From Antedon mediterranea (Eukaryota; Animalia; Echinodermata), in contig NC_092679.1 in NCBI RefSeq assembly GCF_964355755.1, positions 14,801,432-14,865,431 of the forward strand: DNA of 64,000 nt, read 5' to 3'. This document shows, piece by piece, positions 1 through 16,000 of the stretch (positions are counted from its first letter, which is position 1; each line of letters opens with the position of its first letter). Below the pieces are notes generated by a model that saw only the letters and a list, made by a program, of their open reading frames with translations, made no database searches and was not told the DNA's origin. A program made the translations under genes and the position numbers.

Positions 1-748
1 TCTCTAGCATGACAACTTTCACAATCGCACAATACGTGTATCACACGTTTACCGTACTTACAGAACACGTTGACTGTTCCCATTTTGGAACAAATAACCT
101 CAAAAGTTACAATTAAAACCAAACACGACACTGAAGAACCATAATAAAAAAACAACAACAAACAAAGTTGCATAAAATTTCACAAAGTCTTCTTGCTATT
201 CATAAGGACAAACCGTTAAAATTAACAGGAAATAAGAATTTGATTTGAAGTATGTGATTGGACGATGAATAAGATAGGAAAGGAAGTCAATGAAAAGCTC
301 TGCCTTTATGTACTCTTATTTTTTCACTTAGTATACAGCTCGAAAATGTATGTTAAGAGTCTGTCGTCTATATATCTAAACATTTATTTGACAACTTTCG
401 GTTTCACTAACTAGTTTCTATAATTATGAAAGAAAGAAAATAATTTATAAGCTATAAACATCTAAAATTCTGAAATCTAAATTGATGAACAACTAAACTA
501 TTTGATAAATTAAACTCTAAAACCAAGTATAATGGTAAATGGTAATCTACAAAAATAAATATTGATTAATTAATGTAAAATAATAATTTATTGATATTTA
601 TTTATTGTTGAAATTGCTGGAAATCTGAAATAAGACATTTGTGAATAAATGAATAATAAAAAAACCCAATTATTTTGATATTTTTAATCAGTTTGAATTT
701 CATAATTATGAATGAATACCATAAAAAACATCAACAAATAATTATTAC

Positions 749-1063
749 CTCTTGTAAGTTGTACAAAAGATCTTCAATACTATGTTCTCCGTTCTGAGAT
801 ACTCTAGCTTCCATCTGCGACAGCCAATCACAGATCTCCTTATATCTCGTTCCAAAGTGCGTCCATCGATTAAGCTTTTCAACAATCCTCTTCTTTTTCT
901 GACAAGTTTGATGATGTATCTCATCCCATTGCTTGCTGAGTAACAGCAATCGTTCATGCAGCACCGAAATATCATCTGGACTTAAAATATCTGCTAATTT
1001 CTTTTCCTGGTTGTTTAACCGATCGAGCTTATGTCGAGAATTATTAAAGCAATCTTCGTACTC
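749..1063 (-). CDS. SYNE1: nesprin-1-like exon e60 (315 nt, phase 0-0)
   Basis: CAG acceptor, GTAATA donor; EYEDCFNN...LLYNLQE. Confidence 0.9.
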
Positions 1064-4000
1064 CTGGAAATATAAAAGAGCCATTTTCATTTGTGCATTT
1101 TATTGCTACCTGGTTTCCATCTTGACAAACAATAATAAATAGATTATAAGAACATGGCCTTACAATCTCTATAGTCTACTTGTAAAGTCTTCCTACATTA
1201 GGAAGTAATCAGATAAATTATGCACACCTACCACATCCCTACTGACCTGGAAGAAAGATAATTATAGAGGGCTCACTCTACTATCAATATTTTAACAAAA
1301 AATAGATGTAAATAATGATTTAAATAGTTATGAGAAAAAGACAAAAAAGAAACATTTTTAACAGAAATGTTTAAAAAGATCTCTTTCCCATCTTCTCATC
1401 TTTGGGCTGGCATAAAAAGCATGGTTTTCTTGAAAATCTGCTGAATTTTTAACAGAAGGAAAGATATTTGAACTTTTTAATTTATTTTTAGAGTTTCGGT
1501 AGTCCAGTTTGAACAGAGTCCGGGTATATTAGAATTAGAAAGGTAGTCTATTCCCACATAATCTAAAGTTGATTGTATTGAATTATAACCATCAAAATAA
1601 ACTCTAATTATGACCTCTGAACACTTCTTGCATTATGATAAATGTCTGTAATATCTCTTTGTTTATGAATTCTGATAAAAAGTTATGAATAAATAAATTA
1701 TGCACATGTAATAGCACTGGTCATGTTTTTAGGGGAAAATTTTGACTTTCACCATTCTGTTTACTGCATTATTGCAGAATAGTTACAGATATTAACAATA
1801 AATGAAAACATTTTTTTACCTTGCATTTCTGTAACATCTTCAGCATATCATCATACATGACAGGCAGTGGATTTGATGACATTGTCCTGATGCTCTTGAG
1901 CCATGTGTTAATATCTTCAACGCTTTGATTTGATGTCTCCCAGGCATTGACAAGGTCCTCCAGCCCTTGAAGATTCCTCTTCAACGTGGTGGTAATTTTG
2001 TGCCAATGGGCCTGTGAATCTGCTAGTTTTTGGCGGATCATGGATGATGCATTACGGTCTGTGTTACGTAACAAGTGTTTGCCTGCTTCATTGAGTGAGA
2101 GGTACTTACTTTCGTAGAGAGATACAGTCTTTTGCGTGACCTAAAAAAAGGAGAAATGGAGAAACACAGATTGTTTGAAATAATTCAACACATTTTTTGT
2201 TAATACTCTTAAAATACTAAGTTTCTCTTTTGTAAAGACATGACATGATCTCTGTTCTGCATGCATACAATCCAGAATTAGCATTCAACCGTAAAAGAAA
2301 GAGGGCGACAAATTGCCAATGCATAAATACAATGTCCCCAGGATGTCTCCATACCAACATGGAGATATTATATCAAGCCGAAAATTCCAAGTTTGAGTCT
2401 TAGTTGGGGAAATCTTTCCACAATTCTCTTATCTTTCTTTTTGCTAACTACTAGCATTATTGATGGGTAGTATATGATTATTAACTATTAAATTACCTTA
2501 GCATCTTCAAGTAAGTTCTGTAGTGTCTCAATGGATGCAGTATCAAACTCCAAGTGTCTAATCTCTGCTTCAATGTACATAAACCAATCGTTCATCTTCT
2601 CTAGGAGTTCCTGATACACGTTCCAGTCGTGGATGTTTCTGTCGATAATCTCCTTACGTTGGCTTGCTCGCTTGATCACGTTCTGCCATTGTTCGCTCAA
2701 TAATGTCAGTTTGTGTTGGAATTCGTCAGGGTCGTCTATCTCCCCATCTTGGATCATTTTAAGGCCATCATTGACGATCGAGAAGAGAATTTGTTGACGA
2801 TTGAAAATGTCTGCTTCAAAATGCTGTAAAAGATAAGAACTCAGGTAAATGGAGTTTCTAAAGTGGTCATCTTTTAATTTCAAGAGAGAATATACAATCA
2901 AAAAAACAATCCCAAATTTGAGAACAGAAAAAGGTTGGAAATATTATCTTAGTTTAAAAGAAAGATCCAAAAACTTGCTTGAAAAAACAATGTTTTAAAC
3001 TTTTGTATGTAAAGTGCATTGTGGCTAATCTACACTCAACTCTCAAAAGTTTGAAAAGCTTTGTCTAACTAGTTTGCAGAAGCTAGACCGTGTTTGTTGA
3101 GGTTTGGAAAATTAACCAATATAATTCCATTTTAAACTGCTGTGTAGATTGGCACACTAAACATCTTAGTTTACAACAAAGATTGAAAGAGTGAAGACCA
3201 AAATCAAGCGGACATTATTCTCAATATTAACTTACAGCATAGACTTTTTGCTGTTTGAGCAAATCTTCATAGTTGCCTGCAATATCAACTGCCAGGTTCT
3301 TCTCAGTCTGTGACAGGAAGATCATCCATGTGTCACACTTTTGAGCAAAGCTTTGATGCTGTAGCAGAACAGCCTGCATGTTGCGATACTTCTCTGAAGC
3401 CTTCACCGACAGCTTGTTCCAGTGGTTATTGATCTGAATAAGACTGGAGGCATTCAGTTGGTTTAGGCTTAGCTTGTAGCCCTGGTCGTTTAAACCATCC
3501 AACTGGGGCTGATGGCTTGTGAAGTCATGCATGACACTCTGTAAAAATACAATAATATATAGATAAATAATAAAACTAGTGTCAAATATGAATGAACAAA
3601 TCGATATGTTTGAGTTTGAGGAGTCAGTATTGGAGTTATCTTTCTTTAAAATTATGATTTTGATTTTAATATCCTATTCCTTTACTAAGGGTGCTTGTTA
3701 AAATAGGTTTTTCTGGTATGGTAAATGGGTAAAAGTCAGTACTAAATCCCTTAGATTTGGCATTAGGGACAGTATGAAAACTGGTGTGATCTACAATGTC
3801 TTCTAGCATTAGTCGTAAAATCAATACAGTAGTAGATTTCAACATTGGATATTTTACAATTTGTAGAGCATGTAATGGTTCGTATCTGTTCTAGCAGTCA
3901 CGATACAAGTTACTTCAACATGAATGAAGACTTTCAAAGTGTTAATCCTACCTTTAAAGTATCCATCCTATCACGGATTGAGTTTTCATCTGATGACCTA

Positions 4001-7000
4001 TTAGGATCTTCTTTAGCGATGACCTGCTCTTGGTCTGACAACCATTCCAGCATTACCTCTGCTTTACTGTAGAACTTCTGCTGTGCATCAATGTCATCCT
4101 GTAGGCTTGACACATGTCGTGACAATGATTGTTTCATGTTGTCAATTTTCTGTTAAGAATAAAAAAAATAGAAATTTCCTTTATTATGTATTTTAGATCT
4201 CAGCACTACAAGTTCACCAATAGAATCTGGAATAATATAGCTACAATTTATGCTAAAATTGTACAGGGTTTTGCTTTTCTGTTTCTTACAAATTGCAAAA
4301 ATACTTTGCAGAAATCAATTCTGAAATGTTATATTTTACATTTATTTACAACAGAATTATCATAGAACCTACCTGCTCCATCATCCTGCGTCGACCTATG
4401 ACATTTGTTGCAGTAGGCGTGTCCATTTCTTTGGTAAGATTTTGTATAAAGCTATTGAGATCTTTAAGTTCTTGGTAATTACTGAGGTCTGTTAACAAAT
4501 CCTAAAAATAAAAATATATATATGAATCCAGGCTCAGTGCCATATTAAACGTATATTATTCAGATTTTAATAACTAAATAGATGTTCCATGGACAACTGT
4601 AACAAAATAATAATGTTGTTTGTTATTATAACATAATAATGCTACAGTTACCTTCATTAATTAATCAATCATGATAATGAAGAGGGTTCTTTGGCTCTCA
4701 CAAATGGGTACTTGATTGGAAGTGGGTGGCATCCTCCCTTAAGCTCTAGTTCAACAAAAAAGTGTGCCCAAATATGGTAGTGATATGATGTCATCGTGTC
4801 TATATATGGGCACATCACATTTTTTGTCACATAAAGTTTTAGGCTTCTCTATCTACATACACTTCCTGCTGTTACTTACTTCACATTGTTTAAGTTCATT
4901 TCCTGAGTCAGTCTGATCATCTGCTTCATTGTTATTGTCTAGCAGTCTGTTACATGTGCGTTCCTTTTGCATTACCCAATCTTTGATGTCACTGTACCTC
5001 TCTTCAAATGCTTGCCACATCACCAGCGCCTTCTCAAATTGTTTCAACGTGTCTCTTATTTTCTCATCAATTGTTTTCCATCTAAATAAATCATAATGTT
5101 ATATTGATTTCATTATTTTTTATTAAAGAATTGTTCCTAAATAATTGATAATTGTATTGCACATAACAAAGAGGTCATTTTATTTTAGTTAATATAAAAA
5201 CAAAATCTACCTTCTGGAGACATCATCTATTGTTCTCTCAATATTTTCCGCGACCGGCTTCTCAAGTGCAGGAGTCAGCTGATTGGCTTGTTTTGTCAGT
5301 CGATTTAAATGAATTCGGTTATTTTTAAACTCTTTCTGTAGTTCCTGTTTTTAAAATATATAAATTATTTAATAGATTATACATTTTGTTATAATATTAT
5401 TTAAAGATGTATTGTCCCTTGAAACACAAAAAAATGAAAAAAAAAATATTCTAAATTTAAATTGGCCATATCAAAGCAATATTAAAGTTATTCACTTTAA
5501 GTCGAAAATTTGAGCCAAAAACAACAGTTTACGTAATTAACAGGTAAATTAATTAGATTACATTTCGTCTGAGAAATCGTCGCAAGCGAAAGTAAACAAA
5601 GATTTCAAACCATGAGTATGCATTATGCATGATGCTAATTAGGATTGTTTACAACTCATCACGGTTGAGAAGGTGTTTTCACACAGATCGCGAGGAAGTT
5701 TATGATTATGCATACAGAGTAGCCCAACAAGCGCATTGCATTATGGGATATGTTTTGATTGAAAACTTTGACTGGAAGTCAAAGTTATTCTTTGAACAAA
5801 AAAACATCTGTATTTTGGTTAAATTATTTTTTTTTGGACAACTTTTTGGTGAAAGTTAATAACTATTATGATACTTCAAAATGACCCACTTTTTTTCGAA
5901 ATAAAAAAAAAAAATGTTTTGGGGAATTAGTCAAAGGGACAACACATCTTTAATGTTAATTTTTCACAACAATAGATACAATCAAATAGATATCTAGAGA
6001 AATTATGTTACATTACATTTAAAATACCAATTGGAAAAGTTAGCTTGAAGATATTGTGTCACTATTTTGAAAGCTGGTTGTAATTTATATATTTAAAATA
6101 AAAAAGTCAAATGAAAAAATCAGTTTTAAGACAACTAGTTAGAAAATAAAACCACGTCAGACCAAAATGTTTTTTCAATCTGAGTTTTGCTCAATTTTTT
6201 AGAGTTTCAAGTTTTTTTATTGTACTATTTTATTAGATTTTAGGAGAAACAGTTACCACATCACATCAAATTTTATTTCACGAAAGTGATAGAGTACGTA
6301 AAACAACTTTAGAGTATTTTAAAAATAAATTAGTAAAATCATCACAGCAATCACTAATTCTTCAGTTGTTAATTAGTTATTAATTTATTAATCACCTTTA
6401 CTGATTCAATACTCTGAAAATCATAGTATAAAAAAATAAAAGTTTTAAATTGCAAATCATATTTGATTAATACAAAAATGAAAATGGTAAAATATCATGC
6501 TTATAAATATATTATTACTATTATTTTATTATTTTATAACTACAATATTAAAATATTACATTTTTGTAAATTAATTACAGTAGAGTAGAACCGTATTCAA
6601 GGAACACCTTTATTAAGGGGACACTTTCCCTTAAAATGAAAGAGAGGATATGTTTTAACACAACAGCTAACCCCCATTAGGGGATACTTTTCTGGCTCGA
6701 AAATGTCCCCTTAAAATAGTTCTACTGTATTCAACATTTAATTGGCCTCTAGGTACACAGTAAAAAAAAGGGTAAATAACAAGTTTGGTACCTTTAGTTT
6801 ATAAACTTGTAGCCTGAAAGACCCCAGTGTGCCACCAACAGTCTTCACCCTGCCTGCTGAGTATTCTGCTTCTCCCAGACACTGTGTGACAGTCTGTAAT
6901 GACTCGGTATAGAGGTTCCACTGTTCTTTAACTCCTTTCAGAACAACTTGGAGTCTGGACAACAAATTTATTAAACTAATTTTAGATTGTTGGATGGTAA

Positions 7001-10000
7001 TCATGGTTTGGTTGACAGCTGTCTCGTCAGCAACTTTTAAACCCATTTCCCGAACTTTTTCAATGTCATCTTCTTTCTTTTCAAGGAGGGCTGACATGAC
7101 CTAAAGACAAACAAAAGATGGTTTAATACTTTAAAAGGTTAAATTCTTATTAAAGGGTAAGATTTAACATATTTCCATACATATATCATAAATATAATAA
7201 TTGGAGAGATGATGAGGAAACTAGTTAACAACTTTAATTGGTTATATTACATAGGCTATGTAAATACGCGAACGTGATTGGTTGAAACTGCATCACATGA
7301 CTACCGCTGCGAGGATCGTAAATCGTATATATCCTCGAGAACGATGATATTGACTGTGTAATTTTCGCGTAATTATCGTGTCCCCTGTCATTAATCATAT
7401 AAATTCTCGAGTACGATGATATTGACTGTGTAATTTTCGTGTGCAACACTCGAGTTTGCCGATAAATAAACAAAAGTCATCTACTCGATCTTGAACTCGG
7501 GTGGAATTGTCACTCCATCGCAAGACAACGTTTCATCCGCTGGGCCACGGAATTTGCTTGAAGAAATTAATCTTCTAAACTATTTAAGCTATGCATACAT
7601 AGCGCCCTCAATTGTTATAAGTCCACCCTAAATGTGATGAAACACCGTTTGTGATTGGTCAATACTCACGGTAGTAACCTAGTAACTAGTACGCGCTGAA
7701 CATCCGGTGATTCGGCTCCTCTCGAAGATCGAGAGAAGACGAATTGTTTATTCGGCCTACCTGATTATAATGTTATTATTAATAGGCTTATTGATGGAAA
7801 TTCTTCTGTTAATTTAAACGACCTAGGCCCAAGTGAATATTTTATTGCCAAGGAATCATTAATTAGTAATTATCTGTATATTATTCTTCGCAAGGTAAGG
7901 TGTCTAGGCAGGCTTGTTTTAAATACAATACAAATACTATAGGAGGCCTAGGCCTAGCCTAGCTTCACCCAACCCAGCAGACTTGTTCTTGGCTATATAA
8001 TATAACAGATATTGCCTTTTATATCGGTTAAATATAAGATTTTACATCCCCTCGGGAATGATATTAAGTTCTCGGGGAATATATATTTCCCTCAGCTGGC
8101 GCTTCGGGAAATATATATTCCCTCGAACTTAATATCATTCCCTCGGGGATGTCAAATCTTATATTTAACCTCTAAGCAGTCAATATCTGTATAATAGTGA
8201 CCTGTCAGTAATCCCACAATGCATCATTCAACATGGTATTATAACAAGCCTCCCAAATCTCCCAATAATCGTGGTATTATCCCAATATTTCAAGTGATCT
8301 CCTGTCTCTCACTAAAGGTTCTATACCTTGATTGTCTTGCATCCCAATAGTGCATAAATTTACAATTTAGGTTCTACTACTAAGCGACAATGAGTTGTCA
8401 CATGCTTCAGAAAGTGCCTGGCATACCCATTTTTTACTATAGATTCTGATATTTCTTTTAGAAAGCTCCTTCTATGTACCCTCTATGATTTGGCCTGATA
8501 TACACTTTTTCAAGTTAGTATTTCTGTAACAAAAAGCTTTCTATTTTACCTCACAATCTCTGACAGCTTGTTGAACAGACATCTCATTTCCACATCTTCT
8601 GTCGTACTTCCTGATCTTTGCATCACTTTGATCAAGCCATGTGACCATGTCAAGAACTGCAGCTTCGTACTCTTTCCAATCATTGCAAAGTTTTTCTAAC
8701 GTTTTCACATCATCAGAAATTTTGGCATTTAATAATTGCCACCTGAATATGCAAATTAGATTACGAACAAATAATGTTTATATCAATGGGAAGATGAGGC
8801 TAAAGAGATGGAAAGATATTGCAAAAGAGATGGAGAGATGTGGCCAATGTGGATGATCATAAGTTATTTAAAAGACAACTATGTGTAAAGAGAGGATATG
8901 TTTTAACATTACTGCTATTATTTTTGGGTCCTATCTAGAAACGGTATTATTTAACTACTAAAGTTAGTCTTTTTTCAAGAATAATAAAAGCATCAGTGAA
9001 CTCACCTTTTGTTCATACTGCCTAGTTTTTCTGCAAAGTCTGTCTTGTCACCTCGTTTCTGATCAAGATCTTGGCTGATTTGAAGAACTGATTGGTTGAC
9101 AAAGTCTACAGTAAGCTGTTTAGCGGACAGGTCTATCTTGTAGCCCTAAACAAATATGTATTTTATTAAGAATCTGTGCATATTATACAGTATTCTAATA
9201 TTGACAAAACATACAAATCAACTAAATGTCAATACATTTCACAACAAAGAAGGACCAAATCAATTGTCTCAAACGTTATCCCTAAGCAGAGCAGATATCT
9301 CCCTGAAAATAAGGCTTTATGAACCTAACCACCCTAACCCTTCCTCTATAATTCAATCTTAGAAAAACAGTCTTACTAAAACATATTATCTACTAATTTA
9401 CTGTCAATTTTATTTAGTATTGTGATAAAGGATCTTACCATATATCTTTTATACTGTGTTTCCACTTCTTGTGATGTTGTAAATACGTTGCCAACATCTT
9501 TCTTCAAACGTTTCTCAAGTGCTTCAATCCATAATATTAATTCGTTTAGAGCTTGCCGAGATGGCAGCATTTCCATCTGCAAAAATAACAAATAAATTAA
9601 TATCAGTATCAGTGGCAGATTCAGAGGGGGATCCTCCTCCACATTCGCAATATAATCTTGAATTATTTTTATCCTACCATTAGCCTATATAAACTAAATT
9701 TGATTCACACAAGCAAACAGGTGGCGTTACTCTGAACAGGTAGACTTTACCACATCAATATTTCTATAAACTTTACACACAATTTATTCAATCAATTTTT
9801 TGATGTTTTTGTACTGTACATTATTATTAGTATTAATATTATTTATAAATATTTAGTTTTTATCTGTTTGGGCTTTAGCCTATTCTCACTCTTGGTTACT
9901 ATTAATTGGTGACCGAATCAATATTATTAATAAGTAAGAAAAAAGAAAACTTTATATATTGTTGAAATAAGTAAGATAGACAAGTATCAAACCTGAAGAT

Positions 10001-13000
10001 GATGTAATTGGTCTTGTAATACTGGCATGGTGTTTTGTAGGTTTGACCATTCCTGTTCGATTTTGCTGAGCTTCTCACGAATTCTGTGAAGTTTCAACTC
10101 TTTGATCCGCAAAAGCTGCGTTCCGTGACTACAGACCGACACTTTCATTGGAACATGGTTCTCAACCTCTTTACGGAATTCCTATTTTGCAAAGAAAAAC
10201 ATTAATTGGTTAATAGTAAACAAGTTGAGAGACTTCCCTGATCAATTAATGAGAGCCAATAAATCTACGGCAAACACCTATCAGGAGAAACAACTATTAA
10301 GAGTGGTATTTGTTTTTACAGGATATTGCAAAAAAAGGGGGAAATTATTCAGACATAGATTATGCATACATTTCCCAGTAAAACTTACAGTAAATCTGTC
10401 AACTAAGGCAGCCAATGCATTCAAATCATCCACTTGATTAGCCTTCACACTCCAGTCGTTTAGCTGGTTTAGTGACCGATCCAGCCATGGTAGAAACTCT
10501 TGGCTTTCACGTTCGAATGACCTCCACTCGTCTAACAGTGTGTTAAGCTTCTTTAAGTCTGTGTCAATCTTGTTCTGAAGTCCATTCCATCTGTCACTGA
10601 AATTGGACAGCTTCTTTTCAAGGTTTGCACAAGTAATGTTCTTGAGTAGTGACTGGCCTTGTTCAAGAACCTGCTGCATTGCGGCTTGTCTTTCGCCTAA
10701 AATGTTTTTCATGGCCTGAAAAGAAAATAAATATAATTTAAAAGTTTGCATGGTAAGTTCTCTCAAGTATAAGCAGAACTGAGTTTGGTCAACTAGAATT
10801 CCTGCTCCTAATGAGTCATCGATTCATGGAAGTACTTATGAAGAATAAATGGCAGTTCTAAGATGTGACTACGACCAGTAGATTCAACTTTGGTCATATG
10901 AAGATACAAATTTGGTTGTGGCAGTACGTTATTAACAAATTTGAATAAAGTACCTGGTATTTGTGAATGCCTTTCTGAACATTTTCCATATTCTCATGAC
11001 TCACACTCCTCGGAAGCTGAACCTCAACGTGTCCCAGCCATCCCTTTAACTCATCAAAGTTCTTCTCAAATTGAGACCACTCTGTGACAATTTTCTCAAG
11101 GTTCTGTCCACGAACTGTACCTCGTGCTTGTATTTGATTGGTTGATTTATCAAGGAATGTTTGTTTTGAAGCAAAAATGCTACGAGTGTATGGATCAGCT
11201 TTACGAGCAATTGACTCAATTAGGAGATGGTGTGTCTCTGCATCTCCAAAGAATTCTTTGTGTTTGTCAAGTTGATCTTTCAAGTCATCCAGGTCAACTG
11301 CGATGACCTCATCCTTGCGTAGTTTCGCTTCTGCCGTTGTTAAATAATCACTATAATCATCAATGATTTTGTGATACTGTTCCTGAAATGATTAAATTTT
11401 AATATAATTTTTAAATATATAAATCATTATTATGTATAAATAAACCATAATATTAATTATTTCACAGCATTACTATCTTTTATTTATTTATTTAATTATT
11501 TATTTATTTATTTATTTATTCATTTATTTATTTATTCTTTTTACGGTAGCTTAATTAATGTAACTAGTTTTTAGTGGGCCTCCTATCACAAGCCCCTTGG
11601 GATTTCTTGGAGGTCCCTTTCATTGTTAAAAATATGTTTTACTCATTGCTTGCTTGTTTTTGTTTGTTTTATGCGATGAATAAAGAGATTTATGTTATGT
11701 TATGTTTTATGTTATTACACTATAATATGAGTGTGAATACGAGTGTGGATATGAAATTTGGTGTAGGGGTGGGATTATACTCGGATTGCATTAACAATGT
11801 ATTTATTATATTTTCTCTCAAAATTTAGTCTTAAATTAGAGGGTGTGTTTATATTCGAACATGAGATTATATTTAATAATTTACAGTTCACAAAAATGAA
11901 TAATTTTTTTAATTGAATATGATTAGGCAGTTGTTCCTAAACAAGGAACCAGTGATTAAAATAATTGCTGCATAAAATAAACATTACAAACCAATTCTTC
12001 AAACAAAAAATAAATCTAAAAATTGGTTGCTAGATTTCATGCCTAATGAGTGAGTACCTTATTTATTAATTTAATAAACATACCAATATACATATATGAA
12101 TAAATTTAATAATTAAAAACATTTACCTGAAACATTTTCTTGCGATGCAGTTGAGTTTTTTTGTTACTTGTTTGTCTTTGTAGCTCTTCCCAGTTTGTCC
12201 TTAGTCCAGCAACGTCGACAGCAACAGGCATTTGTGGATTGTTGATTTGTAGCTCTTGGCCTCTGTCCATCAATTCACGGAATTTACCTTCATATTCTAC
12301 AAGATCTTCTTCAAGTTTCTGAAAATATAAATAATTGTTTATAGTTAATTAAAATCTGTAAAAGAGGTGCTCTTGGAATAACAGCTACACCTATTGCATA
12401 CGCAGAACCAATCACCTTAGAATTTTTTAAAAAGACAATGAAATATATAATGAGTTAATTATGCATTTCATATGCTATGACGGTTAATTGAAAATCTAGG
12501 ATCCGGTGTTATTTGAGCAAATTAAATCACATAGACGAATTGTACAATCTGAAACAATGCCTAAAAAATATGTGTATATGTATGAAAAACTTACAGTTTC
12601 ATACCACCCACCTGCCCGACCAAGAACATGTACAAATAAGTGATTGAAAATGGTTTCCATTCAAAGTAAAATAAGCAGTTCCCGAGTCACTTCGAATACA
12701 TACATAATGTAACATAAACATATTACTTATATGATAACAAAGTACTGTATTTAGTTATATTATGACAAAATGTAAATCAACTATTGTTAACTGCATACTA
12801 CTAATATTAAATTGAAATGTTTAAAAAAAATCATTGTGCCTTCATGTTTTTTCATCATTTTTTGTGAAACTACAGGGGAATTGATAAATTTATATTAATG
12901 TTTGTAATTTAATTCCAAGTCAAAGCTTGGAAGGACTCCAGTAAATGAAAATGTATTTCAATCATTGAATGTATAACTGGTAACCATGACAACATGACTA

Positions 13001-16000
13001 ATATTTTCATGATCATGTAAAATTTAATCTTGTATGTTCTATTGTTAGTAATATGAAAATAGTATTTTGTTTATTTTATCAAGTTAATGTGAATAATGAA
13101 ACATAATATAATATTTCTATGATATTTTATGGGAAATGATTAATTTAGGGAATCTAACCTGAAACTGTTGTCTTCTTTTCTGTAGAAACAGTTCAGAACA
13201 CATAATTTGCATATATTATAATTTGCATATTATATTATAATCCATACCTGATAATTTGCAAACATTATAATTTACCTACTTTAAATTATAATCTGCATAT
13301 ATTATAATCTGCATATATATTATAATCTGCAAATCTGCATATATTATAATCTGCATATATTATAATCTGTATATATTATAATTTACATATATTATAATTT
13401 GCATACAATATAATTTTAAACATACACTTCTGTTTCCATAAATTTCATAAGCAGCTTCACCTTATAAGTGCATAGATTAAGGTTTTTATGTGGACAATGT
13501 AAAACAACTGTTAAAAAATGTTTGCACTTAATTTGAATATTACACTGTACCTGGTTAAGTATAAGACCCTGTTCAACTCCATCAGCACCATCCACTTGAT
13601 CTCCCTCATCTTCATCTTGTAACATCTCTTTTGTGTCGTTCAACCACATTTGGAAATTGTTTACTTCATCCTAAAAATTACAATCAAAAAGTGAATAACT
13701 TGTAATAAATGTTAGAGGCAAAGGCAGGAACACTTGAAAACAGTATTAAATTACACAGGCTCACTTGAGACACACCCAGCACAAAGTAGTAGAGCGCACT
13801 ATGTCTAAAACAACGATAAAGCGTATTGATGATGAAAGGCATAATCTCAAAGGCAGTAAAATGTAATTTTGTTACATTTATTCTTACAAAGTAAGTACTT
13901 AAAATGTAAACAATCAAAATGAATTTAATCACTTTAAACTCAACAACGTACAAAAATAGACCCAACATCTACAAACTCTGCAGCAATTGACATATAAGTT
14001 ATAGTTACTCCATAAACCTATTTCTGTATACTGAACACTGTTACATGTTTCTTCACATACTAAAATCCTTATCAATAACAATGACAACTGATAACTTCTA
14101 TAGTGGATAACACTAATCACTGTCATTATATTAGAGACAATAGAAGGGGTGTATTTAAAATAGGTATTCAAATTTAAATGTGCTAAGAACAATACAGTAG
14201 CAGAATAGAAACAATAAAAACACAAAAGAGCTCAAAATCGTGTGGTTTTACCAGGGAATTGGTTTTACTAAGAAGGAATTCATTCATTGTTTACCCATCA
14301 CCAGATAGAAAGTAAAGTTTTATCTTTCAAATGTTAAAATTGGATGGTGAATACCATTTCTGAAATGGTCATAACAATAATTTTTACTGTTGAACCTAAA
14401 AAAACCTCAGAATTTTGAATCCATTAGTTGTTATATTAATGTAATGTGTGTTATTAAAACATTACTTGAATTCCTAGTAATCTAGAAAATATCACTAAGA
14501 AACCAAGACTTGATTACTTAGCCGGATGTTTTTGGTATTCAGTTGATATGAAAATTAAAGAACTAAGGGTTTCAGAAGTAATGATAATAAAAAGAATAAC
14601 ATTTTATTGCGAGGGTGGATTATTAATTCAGTAAGTACCACTCAACAAAGATGTATAATGTGATTTCCTGTTTTTGTTGAAGAAAAACAAAGGTAACCAA
14701 ATTAAGGTGTTACCTGAAGAAAGCATTTCTTAATTTAATTATTCTCATTGAATCTTTAAAGACAAATTTTATGTTGATTTTGCACGTAAAGCAACAAGTT
14801 ATTTCAGTGTGAACCCCAAATATATGACGTGTAGGCATTAGTAAATTTTTAACTTCAACACAGTGAATTCAGAGCTTGCGAAAGCTGTGCATTTGAATTC
14901 GCTTGAGTTGCTCCATAGGAAACTTTTTCCAGCTTTGTGCAACTGGCTTCCATTTGATACTTGATGCTTCGCATGTAAATGGTCGGTGTGCCTTTCCAAT
15001 AATGTCTGTAATGTAAATTTGTTATATAATGTGCTACAATAATTTCAGACTTGTTCTGCTTTTTGTAATGTTTTATATACCGGAATAAATAAATAAAAAT
15101 AAAAAATTAATCGGCAGAATAACGGAAATAAATAGTCGGGCCTAAAAGAACATAAACATAGCGGTGTATAATTAAACGTAAACGTAAAATTAAAGTCTGA
15201 GATTTTGGTTATTGCACATGTGGTAAATTTACCCTCTACACCAAATTGTTGACACTACTTAATAATTTCCAATATAAAATAGCACAGCAGTAAAAAAATT
15301 GCAACTTTCCTTTATTATTTAATAAAAACAAATTATTAACAAAATAAAAAATTAAATTAAATTAAATGTAATTGTTTGTAATCTGTTTGTTGTTGTAAAG
15401 TGCTTTATGAGTCTTATTCAATCATGTTATGTGTGGCAATAACCACAAGCAAGATAATCAATTATCAATTCTTTCAAATAAGCTACATTTTCCTTGACCC
15501 ACTTTTCTTTATGTTTTTATATCAATTGTCAAAGTGTTTTTCCATTTGATTTATGCTGTAATTGTGGGTTGATAAAAAACATCTAGGATGTTAATCAATA
15601 TAAATGTGTCCCAGTTCTATCAAATTCACAACAACAGTTACACAAAAAATGTATTGAGTTGTATTTACATATCAAAAGGTTGGCAACCATGGTGATAAAC
15701 TAAGGGTCTAGAAGGAACAGAAGTTCTATTCAAAAATTCAAATGCAAATGAATAATTATTGTTCGTCGTCCTCAGTTGAACAATTTTAGACAACCACAGT
15801 TTCCATAAAAGTGCAGAGTCTACCATCAGCACACCAGATTGTAACCTTATTGTGAACATGTGCTTTACATTCCATACAAAGGATGAGTTAAAGGAGAAAA
15901 TATCTTGCCTATGGGTACAAGCAATATGGCAGACAGGTCGTGAACATATTCTAGTTTTACATCCCTTATCGTGACACCATCTCCCTCTCTATGAATGGAA

